Positions 37,010 through 38,770 of a DNA stretch of 38,770 nt are shown piece after piece. Source of the stretch: Octopus bimaculoides (lineage: Eukaryota); contig NC_068987.1 in the NCBI RefSeq assembly GCF_001194135.2, forward strand, positions 38,967,571-39,006,340, given 5' to 3'. Both the position numbers and the translations under genes were made by a program. The notes under the pieces were generated by a model. It searched no databases. It was not told the DNA's origin and saw only the letters and a list, made by a program, of their open reading frames with translations. Each line of letters opens with the position of its first letter. The stretch's first letter is position 1.

Positions 37010-37905
37010 TTTTGGTGAGAAATTTAAAAGTTGAAAGATATTTGTGTCTACAGGAAATTATAACGTCAGATATCTTATTAAGCTATTTTTGTTGGCTCTG
37101 ATTATGTTGGATCGCCTCCTTCGTGCATATATCGCAATTCTTCGTGTGTGTATTATATGGTGTGGCTTCCCTTATTATAGACCAATTCAGACTGAATTCT
37201 TTATTGTTCATTTCTAATTTATTGATGTAGGTTGCAAGTGTGGTTGAATTTTTTGTTTCGTGGTTAGTGAAAGAGTTTACATGCGCCCTATATCTACTTT
37301 TAAAGTCAATTGTACTACCTATGTAAATCTTTTAGGTTCATCTAGGATTGAGACTTCAACTTTATATACGTATTTCTCCTTAGACAGAAACCTTTAAGGG
37401 GACAAAGTTCCCTATTACGACAATTACATGCTTTTATTTTATTTTCAGGTTTAGTCTTACTATTTTAATATCCATGTTCTTATTATTGTTCTTCATATTA
37501 GGGTCAGCTAAGTTATCTCTATTGGTTTCGTTATTTCTAAGTTTAAGTCTATTATTGGCTGCGATAATAGATCCAAGATTGGGTGTGGGAGAATAAGATA
37601 ATTTGAGACAGGATCTATTAAATATAGAATGATATTCATGACCTGGTGGGAAGTTCCTATCGATAATGCTAAAAAAATAACTTAGGGAGGTTTCTTACCT
37701 GGAGGGAGAAGGGGTGTAAACCATATAATTTCCCGTCTCCCCCCTGAATTGTTCCTATTCTGCCCTGTATGGTTGTTGCTATACTTGAAAAATCTATAGT
37801 GTCTTCTAAAGTGTGGTTTCTATATTCGGTGGAGTTGTTCGTAGGATGTGTGTCGATGTTTGAATTCACAATATTTGGAAACTGTTTGCATAATTTGTTT
37901 TTAAN
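37010..37905 (-). mobile_element. Penelope-like (Neptune-type) element, linker + GIY-YIG
   Basis: REIIWFTP, FPPGHEYHSIFNRSCLKLSYS, CNCRNRELCPLKG, KIYIGST..FKSRYRAH, CDICTKE, SCRHK. Confidence 0.88.
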
Positions 37906-38273
37906 NNNNNNNNNNNNNNNNNNNNNNNNNNNNNNNNNNNNNNNNNNNNNNNNNNNNNNNNNNNNNNNNNNNNNNNNNNNNNNNNNNNNNNNNNNNNNNN
38001 NNNNNNNNNNNNNNNNNNNNNNNNNNNNNNNNNNNNNNNNNNNNNNNNNNNNNNNNNNNNNNNNNNNNNNNNNNNNNNNNNNNNNNNNNNNNNNNNNNNN
38101 NNNNNNNNNNNNNNNNNNNNNNNNNNNNNNNNNNNNNNNNNNNNNNNNNNNNNNNNNNNNNNNNNNNNNNNNNNNNNNNNNNNNNNNNNNNNNNNNNNNN
38201 NNNNNNNNNNNNNNNNNNNNNNNNNNNNNNNNNNNNNNNNNNNNNNNNNNNNNNNNNNNNNATATATATATAT

Positions 38274-38596
38274 GGCAAGGAAGAAAATGGAGAAGATAAT
38301 TAATTGACAAACATCAGCTAGATCTATTTATTAATTACAATCATAAGCATGATCATAATTTTTGTACAATTTTTGTTCTATTTTTGTACAATCTTTGTAT
38401 AATCTTGGAATGATGTGTCAACTTTGGCATGCTGGACCCCAAAGTAGAAACCGCTGTAAGAGTAGAGTTATATTCACTCATTTATCCTTATTTATTTATT
38501 TATTCATTCATATGATTGTAATTAATAAATAGATCTAGGTGATGTTTGTAAGTTGATGTTTGTCAATTAATTATCTTCTCCATTTTCTTCCTTGCC
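38274..38596. mobile_element. ~320-bp MITE with ~75-bp TIRs (possibly PIF/Harbinger)
   Basis: GGCAAGGAAGAAAATGGAGAAGATAATTAATTGACAAACATCA...CAATCATA is inverted at 38508-38596; GGC/GCC termini; right flank TTA. Confidence 0.75.
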
Positions 38597-38770
38597 TTAT
38601 AAATTCTGGTTAAACTTTTGTTTACCTCCACACATACCTATTATTCAATTGCACTATTGCCTTACAACAGTAAGCATTTGGATATATATAGGTATACATC
38701 CAGTAGTATATTGGATATTTATTATCCCTTAGATGGTTGTCTAACCTTTAACTCATATATACGTGTATAT

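Overview
AT-rich eukaryotic DNA, dense in microsatellites and broken by several N gaps. The tRNA-derived SINEs and LINE families resemble those I recall from Octopus (inference, no search run). There is no intact TE ORF. Most of the window is decayed and nested transposons: a Dong/R4 LINE ending in (TAA)n, two Chapaev/CMC remnants, a Gypsy remnant that split a SINE, Tx1/L1, RTE and CR1-group LINE fragments, four Penelope-like remnants, a DD34D mariner, a DD37D maT and several MITEs. A few plus-strand exon candidates suggest that part of the window is intronic in an unidentified host gene. The best candidate for a new system is at 32.2-36.9 kb: three head-to-tail units that each encode only a Tx1/L1-ORF1-like protein. 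The two complete units carry a CCHC knuckle, a conserved 3' hairpin and an A-rich tail but no RT/endonuclease ORF, i.e. half-LINE (HAL1-like) elements. A fourth family member is hidden at 13.6-14.5 kb. Other notable items are a 303-bp MITE filled with telomeric TTAGGG repeats (8-bp TSD), two inverted hammerhead-ribozyme-like cores, and a 227-bp loopless palindrome.
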